Origin: Gammaproteobacteria bacterium
GTDB lineage: Bacteria; Pseudomonadota; Gammaproteobacteria; Magnimaribacterales; D2472
DNA: 64,000 bases
Reading direction: 5' to 3'
NCBI GenBank assembly: GCA_038142505.1
Contig: JAYQKD010000003.1
Span: 57,312 to 121,311, forward strand
Part shown: in pieces, positions 1 to 11,702 of the stretch
Numbering within the stretch: position 1 is the first letter of the stretch
Layout: each line of letters opens with the position of its first letter
Program-made: the position numbers and the translations under genes
Notes under the pieces: generated by a model
What the model was told of the DNA's origin: nothing
Database searches by the model: none
The model's input: only the letters and a program-made list of their open reading frames with translations

Positions 1-197
1 GAGTGGGCTGCTAGACTTGCTAAAAGATCACCACAAGCCCTTGCGAACACCAAAAAATTAATGCGAGAATCATTATCTAATTCATATTGGGACACATATA
101 AAAATGAAGCTGAAATTCAAAATGATTTGACTAGAAGTCCTCAAAATATGAGGCTGTAATAGCTTTTTTTGAGAAACGCGAACCAAATTTCGATTAG
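1..197 (+). CDS. enoyl-CoA hydratase/isomerase (crotonase) family protein, 3' fragment entering from upstream; frame switches near 140-150
   Basis: Frame 1 reads EWAARLAKRSPQALANTKKLMRE... and stops at 157-159. Frame 3 continues EAVIAFFEKREPNFD* (stop 195-197), the usual crotonase C-terminus (AF.EKR.P.F). Confidence 0.5.
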
Positions 198-200
198 TTT

Positions 201-1857
<1,657 letters not shown>

Positions 1858-1886
1858 TTATCTGTAAATGTTAATATTTTCTTTCT

Positions 1887-2318
1887 ATGATAACTCCAAG
1901 TATTAAAACAAACTTAATTCTTAAAGAGATGGGTATTACCAGGTATGAACTTCGTTCAAAGCAGCAATCAGACCTCTCAAAAACAATTTTTAGTTACCAA
2001 AAAGGAAATATTCTAACATTACTTGAGCAATCATATGATGATTTAGGTGAAGATGAGGCAAAGCTTCTCAATGCCATTGTTGATGCAGTTAATTCTGTTA
2101 ACAAAGATACAATTCAAAATAAATTTAATCTTGAAGATGCAAAAAAAATTATTTTAGCTATGAAAGATATTAAAGGCATAATTAGTTTTATACCTGACAT
2201 TGGCACCCTTGATCTATCAATACCCTTTGTTCAATCATCTTCACTCAACAAAATGATTTCTGATACAGAGTCAAAGAAGATTTTATGGAAAAAGCTTAAA
2301 GAGATTATTTTAAAGTAA
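1887..2318 (+). CDS. holD: DNA polymerase III psi subunit (HolD-like)
   Basis: 143 aa. The N-terminal LKEMGITRYELR resembles E. coli HolD LQQLGITQWSLRR, and the C-terminal SSLNKMISDTESKKILWKKL resembles SPALTDLRANPTARAALWQQI. It sits directly upstream of rimI, as in the E. coli holD-rimI operon. Confidence 0.65.
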   Translation: MITPSIKTNLILKEMGITRYELRSKQQSDLSKTIFSYQKGNILTLLEQSYDDLGEDEAKLLNAIVDAVNSVNKDTIQNKFNLEDAKKIILAMKDIKGIISFIPDIGTLDLSIPFVQSSSLNKMISDTESKKILWKKLKEIILK

Positions 2319-2321
2319 TTT

Positions 2322-2756
2322 ATGTATAAGATTTCCTTGATGGGTTTAAATGATTTAGAAGAAGCCTACAAGATAGAGCTTGAAGTTAATCCTAGCCCTT
2401 GGAAATATGAAACTTTTTTATCATCTTTTGAGGTTGGTCATAAGGGTCTCATTTGCAAGAATGACAACAGAATGATTGGATTTATTATCTTTTCACCAAT
2501 TAGCCCAGAAGCTCATATATTAAGTATTTCAGTAAGAAATGAAATGCAATCAAAGGGTATTGGAACTTTGCTTCTCAAAAGTATGCTAGACCAATGCAAA
2601 GTCATGAACTATAAAAAGATATTCCTTGAAGTGAGAGTAAGCAACGAAAAGGCTATTAATTTTTATGAAAAATTTGGTTTTAGCAAAGATGCTATTAGGA
2701 ACAATTACTATACAGACAATTCAGAAGATGCTTTGTTAATGTCACTTTCAATTTAA
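2322..2756 (+). CDS. rimI: ribosomal-protein-S18 alanine N-acetyltransferase (GNAT)
   Basis: 144 aa GNAT with acetyl-CoA motif MQSKGIGTLLL. It starts 4 nt after holD. Confidence 0.8.
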   Translation: MYKISLMGLNDLEEAYKIELEVNPSPWKYETFLSSFEVGHKGLICKNDNRMIGFIIFSPISPEAHILSISVRNEMQSKGIGTLLLKSMLDQCKVMNYKKIFLEVRVSNEKAINFYEKFGFSKDAIRNNYYTDNSEDALLMSLSI

Positions 2757-3238
2757 CCATTTCTTTTTTTTAACCACATAATTTGATTTGTTGTGATTAT
2801 TAAATATGAGATAAAAAATGTTATGTAAAAGCTTATTAGAATTGGATGATCTACGTTTGAATCTATGACAATAGGATTGTCCGGTGGAAATCTTCTTAAG
2901 ACTTCTGTAATGCCAGGAACCATATGGAATAAAAAAAGCGCAGAATAGCTGATGGTTTGAAAGTAGGGTGCAAGGAATCCAAAAAATAGACCCTTCTCAT
3001 TAATGTATCCAAATATCACAGCTAAGAGTGTAACTATTGCCAATAAGTGCCCGACACCAAAACCACGCTTATATATCAATAGGGCAGTTACTGCAGCAAT
3101 AATGGTTGTAACAACGAAAACTTTTGCTGAAAAATTTTTAGTTTCAATGATTGTATGCTTTTTTAAAGAATATGCTCCTGAGCCTATTGCTAAAATAGCT
3201 ATTAAAGTATGAATCCAACCAATGAAGGATATATCCAT
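2753..3238 (-). CDS. hypothetical integral membrane protein (4-5 predicted TM helices)
   Basis: 161-aa ORF with alternating hydrophobic segments. No motif recognised. Confidence 0.4.
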   Translation of the reverse strand: MDISFIGWIHTLIAILAIGSGAYSLKKHTIIETKNFSAKVFVVTTIIAAVTALLIYKRGFGVGHLLAIVTLLAVIFGYINEKGLFFGFLAPYFQTISYSALFLFHMVPGITEVLRRFPPDNPIVIDSNVDHPILISFYITFFISYLIITTNQIMWLKKRNG

Positions 3239-3244
3239 TAATAA

Positions 3245-3727
3245 TTAGCTAAGAAGATTTTCAATATCTGATTCAATATCTTCAGGCTTAGTTGTTGGAG
3301 AATATCTCTTAGTAACCTTTCCATCCTTATTAACTAAGAATTTTGAAAAATTCCATTTGATATTTTTTGTGCCTAGAACACCAGGTTGCTCATTTTTAAG
3401 AAAATCATAAAAGGGGTCAGCATTTGGACCATTAACATCAATCTTGTCGAAAATTTTAAAACTCACATTATATTTTTCAGTACAGAAAAATTGAATTTCT
3501 TCATTAGTACCAGGTTCTTGACCTTTAAATTGGTTACAAGGAAACCCAAGGATTTCTAAACCATTAGAATTATATTTTTCATATAATTCTTGAAGGCCTT
3601 TATATTGAGGTGTAAGCCCGCATTGACTAGCAACATTTACAACCAAGAGAACTTTATCTTGGTACTCACCAAGAGATACTTCATTTAAATCTGCATCTTT
3701 AACATTAAAGTCATAAACTGTTTTCAT
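3245..3727 (-). CDS. gpx: glutathione peroxidase (Cys type)
   Basis: NVASQCGLTPQY and LGFPCNQFKGQEPG signatures; 160 aa. Confidence 0.9.
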   Translation of the reverse strand: MKTVYDFNVKDADLNEVSLGEYQDKVLLVVNVASQCGLTPQYKGLQELYEKYNSNGLEILGFPCNQFKGQEPGTNEEIQFFCTEKYNVSFKIFDKIDVNGPNADPFYDFLKNEQPGVLGTKNIKWNFSKFLVNKDGKVTKRYSPTTKPEDIESDIENLLS

Positions 3728-3749
3728 TTTTGGATTCCTTTGTTTTGAT

Positions 3750-3778
3750 TAAAAAATATGATTTTAAAAAATATGATT
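3750..3778. repeat. 14-bp direct repeat TAAAAAATATGATT x2 (period 15) in the gpx/elaA divergent intergenic region
   Basis: Copies at 3750-3763 and 3765-3778 are identical. A third TGATT lies at 3746-3750. Confidence 0.6.
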
Positions 3779-3855
3779 ATATACAAAAAAGAGATACAAA
3801 TCTTAAAATGACCTTATCTTGAAGCATCTATATAATTATTTATTGAGAATAAGTT

Positions 3856-4323
3856 ATGACGAACACTAAAGTTAAATATATTTGGAGAAGATTTGCTGAG
3901 CTATCTTCAGATGAGCTATATGCAATGATTCACTTGAGACAAAAAGTATTTATTGTTGAGCAAGATTGTCCATACATAGATGCAGACTACACCGATCAAG
4001 ATGCATTCCATTTACTGGCATATAAAGATAATGATCTAATTGGGTATCTTAGAGCCTTTAGACCAGGCATCAAATACGATGGTTCCTCACTTGGCAGAAT
4101 TGTCACAGAAATAAATTCAAGAGGCCTTGGTATTGGAAAAGAAATTACAAAAGAAGGAGTAAACTTTTTATCAAAAGAATATCCTGATCATGAAATTGTT
4201 ATTTCAGCTCAACATAGGCTAGAACATTTTTATGTTGAACTTGGATTTACAGCTAGAGGTGAAGTTTATCTAGAAGATGACATTGATCATATCCAGATGT
4301 ACCTTTCTCCAAAACAAAATTAG
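3856..4323 (+). CDS. elaA: ElaA-family GNAT acetyltransferase
   Basis: LRQKVFIVEQDCPYIDADYTDQDAFHLL and the C-terminal HFYVELGFTARGEVYLEDDIDHIQM closely parallel E. coli ElaA. Confidence 0.75.
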   Translation: MTNTKVKYIWRRFAELSSDELYAMIHLRQKVFIVEQDCPYIDADYTDQDAFHLLAYKDNDLIGYLRAFRPGIKYDGSSLGRIVTEINSRGLGIGKEITKEGVNFLSKEYPDHEIVISAQHRLEHFYVELGFTARGEVYLEDDIDHIQMYLSPKQN

Positions 4324-5259
4324 ATTCTATCTTTATCTAGCTTACTTACTATCTCATCATATACAGAAGATGAAAACTTGAAATCATCTATAAAACCACA
4401 ATGGCCACCGTATTGTTGAGGTTTAAATTTTACATAATCAGTTTGATTCAGCTTAAGCAGAGGTTCAATAGGTATACAAGGATCATCAATAGATGAATAA
4501 ATGAGTGTCTTATGTTTTATCTGATTTAAAGTATTCTGTGTTATTGCATATCCAGAAAATAGCTCCTCAATACTTTCATGTGGAGAGAAATTTTTTGTAA
4601 AAAATTCAGTCATTTCCATTAGATTTTTACATTTCAAAGCTTTTTCTAAATTAGAAATTTATGAAATTCTAATTTTTTTCTTTTTAAGTTCTTATGCCAT
4701 TTATTTATGAAATATTTTTTAGAATCCATGAGGCATTATCCATAGTTTGCATTGATATTTGAGGATCAATTACTGGGGATAGAACAACAGTACTTTTCAA
4801 AAAATCAATTGAATCAGAAGCTGATATTCTTAATGAGAGATTACCACCAAGAGAAAAACCAACTAAGTGTATCTCGTTGTCTTTATATTTATTACCAATA
4901 AACTCTACTGCTTCAATAAGTGTTTGAATATCAGTAGCTCTAAAAAAATCTTTATTTAAATTCTCGGTATCACCATGATCAACAGGATGGATTCTTATAA
5001 TATCAAAATTATTAGTATGCAAAAGATGAGCCAAAGGAATTAAATATTTAGAATCTTTGTGACCCAACCAACCTGGAAAAAATATTACTTTCTTTTTATA
5101 TAAATTTGTTTTGAATATTTCAATTGACTGAAAATTTGATGATGTAAAATCTTTTGAAGATTTTGTATTTAGCTCTTTGCGTATGGTTTTTTGTTGTTTT
5201 TCTCTTAAAGGACTTGATGCCAAAAGGGTATTAAATAAACCATTCTTAAGTAAGTTCAT
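4320..5259 (-). CDS. alpha/beta-fold hydrolase (YheT-like), two frameshifts as sequenced (about 4650 and 4705)
   Basis: The N-terminal ORF has the nucleophile elbow GFSLGG. The C-terminal ORF has IDDPCIP and GGHCGF. The connecting segment KKYFINKWHKNLKRKKLEFHKF is readable in a third frame. Confidence 0.6.
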
Positions 5260-5265
5260 TATTAA

Positions 5266-7482
5266 TTAAATAATTGAACTTTCAAATAATAAACTATGAA
5301 TCTCCTCGGTTATAAATGGAGCGAAAGGATGCATCATAATTAGTATTTCTTTTAAAAGAGGTCTTAGATTATTTGTCTCTCCGCTTTTTTTACATTCTTC
5401 AATGTAAACATCACAAAACTTACTCCAGAAAAACTCATAAACTTCGTTGATAGCATAGTCTAATCTGTAATCTTTAATATTTCTCTCGATCTGTTTTTTT
5501 GATTTTTCAAACTCTTCATATATCCACTCATCAGTTTTATTTGAAGATTGAAATGAATCATTTCCAGCTGGATAACCATTGATAAATCTTGCTGCATTCC
5601 AGACTTTAGTACAGAAGTTTCTATATCCTTTAAGTCTACCCATCTCAAAGCTAATATCTTTGGTGTGTGTTGCTAGTGAGTAAAATGTCATTCTTAAAGC
5701 ATCTGTTCCGTATGAATCAATACCTTTTGGAAATTGATTTCTTGTCTTTCTTTCAATCTTCTGAGCAATACCTTCTTGCATGAGATTCGAAGTTCTTTTT
5801 TCAACTAAATCGTCTTGAGAAATACCATAAATTAAGTCTAGCGGATCAATAACATTGCCTTTAGATTTTGACATCTTTTGCCCATTTTCATCTCTTATAA
5901 GGCCAGTAACATAGACATCTTTGAAAGGGATTTGATCAGTAAACTCAAGGCTCATCATCATCATTCTTGCCACCCAGAAAAAAATGATATCAAACCCAGT
6001 AACCAGTAAAGAGGTTGGAAAATGCTTTTCAAAATCTTCAGTTTTTTCTGGCCATCCCAAAGATGCAAAAGGCCATAAACTTGAAGAAAACCAGGTATCT
6101 AAAACGTCTTCATCTTGAGAGAGTTTTCTATCATCAAGTTTATAAAATTGCCTAACTTCTTTTTCACTATGACCAACGTAAACATTATTTTCTGAGTCAT
6201 ACCATGCTGGAATTCTGTGACCCCACCATATTTGCCTACTGATGCACCAGTCCTCAATATTATTCATCCAATTAAAATATGTTTTAACCCAATTGCCAGG
6301 ATGAAACTTTATTTCACCCTTGTTAACAGCTTCATTAGCTCTTGCAGCCATTTCTTCAGTTTTGACATACCATTGATGACTTAATCTAGGCTCAATAACA
6401 ATATTAGATCTTTCACCTCTGGGCACGCTTATGTGATGTTTTTCTTCTTTTTCCAAAAGATTGAGTTCTTTAAGCTTCTCTAATACAGCCTTTCTAACTT
6501 TAAAACGATCGAGATTTGAAAATGGCTCAGGTACATTTTCATTTGACCATGCATCTTCATTAAATATATTGATAGGCTCAAAATCACTTGCGTCATCCGA
6601 AGTCTTTACCTGACCGTCTACTTCATGAAGTGAGTATTTTTTACCTATTTCGTAATCGTTAAAGTCATGACCTGGAGTAATTTTCAGACAACCAGTACCA
6701 AATTCCATATCAACATATTCATCAGCTAGTACAGGTATTTTTCTTCCAACAAAAGGTAAAATGATATTTTTACCTATAAGATTTTTATACCTATCATCAT
6801 TTGGGTTAACAGCAACTGCCATGTCTCCAAACATAGTTTCAGGTCTTGTTGTTGCTACTATTACATACTCTTCTGAATCTTCAATTGGATATTTAATATG
6901 CCAAAGGAGACCATCTTTTTCCTGCCTTACCACCTCAAGGTCTGAAACAGCAGTTTTAAGGGATGGATCCCAATTAACTAACCTGTAACCCCTATAGATT
7001 TTATCTTTTCTGTGTAACTCAACGAATGCTTTTATAACTGCTTCGTTGCATCCATCATCTAAGGTAAACCTATATTTATTCCAATCTACCGAGCATCCAA
7101 GTCTTTTAATTTGGGATGTAATTTTTTCTTCTGAATAATCTTTCCATGACCAAACTTCATCAAGAAATTTCTCTCTTCCAAGTTCATTTCTAGTTATATC
7201 TTTTTTTGCAAGATTATTTTCTACAACCATCTGAGTAGCTATACCAGCATGATCAGATCCAACTTGCCAATGAGCATCCTTACCAGCCATATGGTTATAC
7301 CTAGTGTAAAAATCCATAATGGCATATTGAAAACTATGACCCATATGAAGAGTACCGGTTACATTTGGAGGTGGTATTACCTGAGAAAAAGAATCCTCAG
7401 AGTCTTTATTAGAAATAACTCTTTCAGCCCAAATCTTGGACCATTTTTCTTCAATTTCTACAGGGTAATACTGTTTATCCAT
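5266..7482 (-). CDS. valS: valine--tRNA ligase, short form (738 aa, no C-terminal coiled coil)
   Basis: HIGH region PPNVTGTLHMGH, editing-domain TTRPETMFGD, KMSKSKGN, and anticodon-domain MHPFAPFITEEI followed by a stop 9 codons later. Confidence 0.9.
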   Translation of the reverse strand: MDKQYYPVEIEEKWSKIWAERVISNKDSEDSFSQVIPPPNVTGTLHMGHSFQYAIMDFYTRYNHMAGKDAHWQVGSDHAGIATQMVVENNLAKKDITRNELGREKFLDEVWSWKDYSEEKITSQIKRLGCSVDWNKYRFTLDDGCNEAVIKAFVELHRKDKIYRGYRLVNWDPSLKTAVSDLEVVRQEKDGLLWHIKYPIEDSEEYVIVATTRPETMFGDMAVAVNPNDDRYKNLIGKNIILPFVGRKIPVLADEYVDMEFGTGCLKITPGHDFNDYEIGKKYSLHEVDGQVKTSDDASDFEPINIFNEDAWSNENVPEPFSNLDRFKVRKAVLEKLKELNLLEKEEKHHISVPRGERSNIVIEPRLSHQWYVKTEEMAARANEAVNKGEIKFHPGNWVKTYFNWMNNIEDWCISRQIWWGHRIPAWYDSENNVYVGHSEKEVRQFYKLDDRKLSQDEDVLDTWFSSSLWPFASLGWPEKTEDFEKHFPTSLLVTGFDIIFFWVARMMMMSLEFTDQIPFKDVYVTGLIRDENGQKMSKSKGNVIDPLDLIYGISQDDLVEKRTSNLMQEGIAQKIERKTRNQFPKGIDSYGTDALRMTFYSLATHTKDISFEMGRLKGYRNFCTKVWNAARFINGYPAGNDSFQSSNKTDEWIYEEFEKSKKQIERNIKDYRLDYAINEVYEFFWSKFCDVYIEECKKSGETNNLRPLLKEILIMMHPFAPFITEEIHSLLFESSII

Positions 7483-7500
7483 TAGGAAGCTTAATTAAAA

Positions 7501-9012
7501 TTATTTTAATTTCTTACTTAATAGCAATTGGCTAATAAGAGGAACCGGTCTTCCAGTTCCAGCTTTTACAGGAGTGCTATAGGAAGCTGTAGCAGCAATA
7601 TCGATATGCGCCCACTTATAATCATTGGTAAATTTTGAAAGGAAAGCAGCAGCATGAATTGTTCCAGCTTCTCTTCCACCGCCAATGTTCGCTAAATCTG
7701 CATATTTAGTTTTAGTACATGATTGATGCTCATCCCATAATGGAAGTTGCCAAGCTCTATCACCTGACTCTTCACCAGATTCAATTATTTTATCTGCAAG
7801 ATGCTGGTCATTTGCCATAACTCCACTTGCATGCCTACCAAGAGCAATGACAACAGCTCCGGTTAGTGTTGCCATATCGATAACATATGAAGGTTTGTAC
7901 TTTCCAACGTATGTTAAACAATCTGCAAGTATTAATCTTCCTTCAGCGTCAGTATTAAGTATTTCAATAGTCTGACCCGACATTGAAGTTACAACATCTC
8001 CAGGCTTTGTGGCTTTGGATGAGCACATATTTTCAGCACAACCCATAACACCAACTACGTTAACATCTGCATTTAATCTTGCTAGGGTAGACATCACTCC
8101 AAACACAGTCGCAGCTCCACACATATCCCATTTCATTTCATCCATAGCAGGACTTGGTTTGATCGAAACTCCACCAGTATCAAAAGTGACACCTTTGCCC
8201 ACTAGTGCAATAGGTTTGTCAGTTGATTTACCGCCTTTGTATTCGATAACCATCATCCTAGCTGGTTCTTCACTTCCCCTAGAGACGCTTAAAAATGAGC
8301 CCATACCCATTTTTTGCATTTGTTGTTCGTTAAAAGATTTAACTTTTAGCTTAGGGAAATCTTTAGTCATTGCTTTTACCTTTTTCTCAATGATTCTTGG
8401 GGTGCAATGATTGGCTGGAAGATCTCCTAAATATTTTGCAGTATTAACTCCTTCACCAATAGCATATCCAACTTTTGCAGCCTGTTTAGCTTTTGTTAAT
8501 TTAGCTCCAGTTAAGCCTGAGGTAAGGATAGTCAATTTTTTTACACTAGGCTTCTTAGAAGTTTTATTTTTTGTTTCAGAAAAGATATAAACATTTGACT
8601 CAATTGTTTTAGAAACCATCTCAATTAACCAAAGCTCATCCTTCCCCTTTGGCGCAGTTGTTCCAGGCATAATTGATATATCTTTGCACTTATTTTGATT
8701 TCCTTTTTGAGCAATACCTTGATACATAGATAGCCATTTATGAGTAGGAGTATCTGCATCAAGCCCTTTAACTAGAAGAATATTTTTAGCATTAATTCCA
8801 TCAACTTTTGGAAGTAAAATACTGCCCCCAGATTGATCAAGATGTGATTGAATAGTTTTAGAAATATAACTTTTTGATTTTTTATTGAGCTCTTTGAAAG
8901 AGGAGTCATTTTTTGTATTTTTATTGATAACTAAAACAAGCATATCTGTTGATAAAGAAGATATGTTTGATGCGTCTTTTACAAGAACATTATTTAAAAC
9001 TTTATACGCCAT
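7501..9012 (-). CDS. pepA: leucyl aminopeptidase (M17)
   Basis: VGKGVTFDTGG and NTDAEGRLILAD motifs. Divergent from lptFG as in E. coli. Confidence 0.92.
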   Translation of the reverse strand: MAYKVLNNVLVKDASNISSLSTDMLVLVINKNTKNDSSFKELNKKSKSYISKTIQSHLDQSGGSILLPKVDGINAKNILLVKGLDADTPTHKWLSMYQGIAQKGNQNKCKDISIMPGTTAPKGKDELWLIEMVSKTIESNVYIFSETKNKTSKKPSVKKLTILTSGLTGAKLTKAKQAAKVGYAIGEGVNTAKYLGDLPANHCTPRIIEKKVKAMTKDFPKLKVKSFNEQQMQKMGMGSFLSVSRGSEEPARMMVIEYKGGKSTDKPIALVGKGVTFDTGGVSIKPSPAMDEMKWDMCGAATVFGVMSTLARLNADVNVVGVMGCAENMCSSKATKPGDVVTSMSGQTIEILNTDAEGRLILADCLTYVGKYKPSYVIDMATLTGAVVIALGRHASGVMANDQHLADKIIESGEESGDRAWQLPLWDEHQSCTKTKYADLANIGGGREAGTIHAAAFLSKFTNDYKWAHIDIAATASYSTPVKAGTGRPVPLISQLLLSKKLK

Positions 9013-9078
9013 TTAAGTTCTCCTGTTATGGTATTTACTGATAAGATAAATATTGTAATGCATCATAGTTCTCAAGGC

Positions 9079-10212
9079 ATGTATAAAAAAAATATTCTTT
9101 CAAAAAGTTTGAATATGGAGGTCTTTAGATCATCAATTGGTGTGCTATTAATCTTCTTTCTACTTGTTGTAGGATCAAGGATTGTCGGCTACTTTGAACA
9201 AGCTGCTGAAGGAAATATAGATCCTGGAATAATATTGAGTGTAATTGCTTTAAGGTTTCCTGACTTTATAACATTATTGATACCTTTATCTTTTTTTTTA
9301 GGACTGCTCATAACAATTGGCAGATTGAATTCTGAGGGAGAAATTCATGGATATTTTTCAGCTGGCTTATCAAAATTTAACTTAATAAAATTTTTGCTGC
9401 CTCAAGCTTTTATTTATTTCTTTATAACTCTTGTTTTAAGCTTATATATCGCACCCTACACAAAAAATCTCTCTAAAGATTTACTAGTAATAGACTCATT
9501 TGAAGAGCAGATTGATGCAATTCAATCTGATGAAATAGTTTCACTAGATGATGGAGGATTTCTTTATGTGCAAACTGCAGATGAAGGTTTAATAAAAGGG
9601 GTTAAGCTTTTTCAGGTTGATGAAGATAATTCATTTATTGTTATTTCTGATGAGTTGTTAACTACAGAGAAAGATAAAACCATTGAATTAAATTTAAAAA
9701 ATGGGTCTTTTTACGGCGGTTTATTTTCAGAATCATCAAAAATTATTTCAAACTTTAATAATTTTAATTTTGAAATTGATAAAAACATGTCTCAAAGCAA
9801 TGATTTAAGTTTAACTAAATTATTTGATTATTCTTCAGCATCAGACCAAGCAACATTTCAGTGGAATATATCAATACCAATAACAATTTTAATTCTATTA
9901 CTTTATGGCATTTATATTTCATCTTCAAAACCGAGAGAAGGCAAATTCTCATTTATGCTGCCAGGAATGTTGATATATGTTTCTTATTTAAGTCTTTTAA
10001 TACTCGGCAGAGAATTCATATCTGATAACCCGGGCTCGATTTTTAACCTTTGGTTTATTCATGGTTTATTTATCTTATTTTTATTTCTCTATGCTTATAG
10101 AGAAAAAATTATTTTTGTAAGTTTTGCAAACCTGGCAATACAGGAAAATATTTATTTGAGATACTTCATTGGGATCATGATATTTATTTTATTTATATGG
10201 ATGGTGGCATGA
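9079..10212 (+). CDS. lptF: LPS export ABC transporter permease LptF
   Basis: YjgP/YjgQ permease family, divergent from pepA. The start at MYKKNILSK aligns with the E. coli LptF N-terminus; the ORF extends upstream to 9028. Confidence 0.8.
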   Translation: MYKKNILSKSLNMEVFRSSIGVLLIFFLLVVGSRIVGYFEQAAEGNIDPGIILSVIALRFPDFITLLIPLSFFLGLLITIGRLNSEGEIHGYFSAGLSKFNLIKFLLPQAFIYFFITLVLSLYIAPYTKNLSKDLLVIDSFEEQIDAIQSDEIVSLDDGGFLYVQTADEGLIKGVKLFQVDEDNSFIVISDELLTTEKDKTIELNLKNGSFYGGLFSESSKIISNFNNFNFEIDKNMSQSNDLSLTKLFDYSSASDQATFQWNISIPITILILLLYGIYISSSKPREGKFSFMLPGMLIYVSYLSLLILGREFISDNPGSIFNLWFIHGLFILFLFLYAYREKIIFVSFANLAIQENIYLRYFIGIMIFILFIWMVA

Positions 10213-11261
10213 TTAAAATTTTTCATGGTTATCTCATAAAAAGATCGTTTTTAATTTCCTTATCAATTTTTATATTATTTGCCACGCTGGATTTAGTTTT
10301 TAGTTTAATGTCTGAACTTGAAAACTTATCTGAAGAATATAATTTTTCTAATGTTTTTTTGTATGTTTTGAGCGTATCTCCAAGTAATGCAATAAATTTT
10401 CTAGAAGGTGCTTGTTTGCTTGGAGTTATGATTTCTTTAGGAATATCACATCAAGAAGGCAACTTAAACGTCTTAAGATCGAGTGGGGAATCGCCATTAA
10501 AAATAGTATTAATAAGCTCAATAGGCCCAATATTGTTAATATTTTTATTTTTACCATCCAATGAGTTATTTTTAAAAGATCTTAGAGCCGACGCAGAGAT
10601 CAATAAAAATTTAATTGTGCAATCAGCAGAAGAAAGTAGCCAAAACAATAATTGGATTAAGGATGGAAAATCTTTTTTAACATATTCTTATATGAAAGAT
10701 TCTTTTATTTATAAGGTTAAATTTATTAAAACTGATGATGGTAAAGTTCTTTATTTTAAAATGGCAGATTCAGCTGAAATCATTAAAAATCAAATAAAAT
10801 TTGATGAAACAATGCAATATCATTTTTTTGAGGGAACTGGCATAGAAAATAATTATGAAGAATTTAAATTTCCTTTGATTACAAAGATGCCATTTGCAAG
10901 GGTAGAAAATTTAAAAACTTCTGAAATAATTAACGCTCAAAAATTCATTGAAACCATTTCAAAAAAAGAAGACAAGTTATTTATTGCCCATTTAGAAAAA
11001 TCTTTTTATAAAAATATATTTCTGCCTATATCCATTTTGTGCTTAATTGTTTTCTTTGGTTCTTTTATTTTTAGCTCGTTGCGAGATGTAACGCCAGCAT
11101 CAAGAATAGTATTATCAGTAGTTGGAGCTTTCATTTATAAAGTCTTTCAAGACTTCACAATAAGTTTCTCAATAGCTACAAATCTCTCGGTATTAATTGG
11201 TGTCATTGCTCCAGCTTTGCTTTTATTGATAATGAGCATATTTTTTTATAGAAGAATCTAA
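10209..11261 (+). CDS. lptG: LPS export ABC transporter permease LptG
   Basis: YjgP/YjgQ family. ATGA overlap with the lptF stop, and a periplasmic beta-jellyroll insert between TM3 and TM4. Confidence 0.8.
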   Translation: MIKIFHGYLIKRSFLISLSIFILFATLDLVFSLMSELENLSEEYNFSNVFLYVLSVSPSNAINFLEGACLLGVMISLGISHQEGNLNVLRSSGESPLKIVLISSIGPILLIFLFLPSNELFLKDLRADAEINKNLIVQSAEESSQNNNWIKDGKSFLTYSYMKDSFIYKVKFIKTDDGKVLYFKMADSAEIIKNQIKFDETMQYHFFEGTGIENNYEEFKFPLITKMPFARVENLKTSEIINAQKFIETISKKEDKLFIAHLEKSFYKNIFLPISILCLIVFFGSFIFSSLRDVTPASRIVLSVVGAFIYKVFQDFTISFSIATNLSVLIGVIAPALLLLIMSIFFYRRI

Positions 11262-11668
11262 ATAATTTTTAAAGCTGTTTTTGATAGGGTGTCATTGATT
11301 GCTAAACCTTTTTGAGAAAAGTAAATTTGTATAAGTGGCAATCCTGCTAGAAATAAAATTAAAATGTTCACCAAAAATCTTATTGAAATTTGCTTTATAG
11401 TAATTTTTTCTCCATTAAGACTATAAATTTCAATGTTCCACACTGCCATGCCTAGAGTTTTATTTCCGTTAAGCCAAAAGTAAGCAAAAAAACCCCAGCT
11501 ACTTAAAATTACAAGAGATAGGCCCAGCCACGGATTTAATGTTTCACCTCCGTTTAACCACAGAGCTATTGAACCAACAGCAAACCAAACACCCAATAAA
11601 AGAAAGAAGTCATAAATACCTGCTGTGATCCTTTTTAAAGGAAAGACTTTGTATGCTTTTTCATTCAT
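11258..11668 (-). CDS. RDD-family membrane protein
   Basis: 136 aa, three hydrophobic helices, RDD-like layout. Converges on lptG with a 4-nt overlap. Confidence 0.5.
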   Translation of the reverse strand: MNEKAYKVFPLKRITAGIYDFFLLLGVWFAVGSIALWLNGGETLNPWLGLSLVILSSWGFFAYFWLNGNKTLGMAVWNIEIYSLNGEKITIKQISIRFLVNILILFLAGLPLIQIYFSQKGLAINDTLSKTALKII

Positions 11669-11702
11669 TTTGGTATAGTAATTAAAATAAATTTTAAAAT
11701 AT

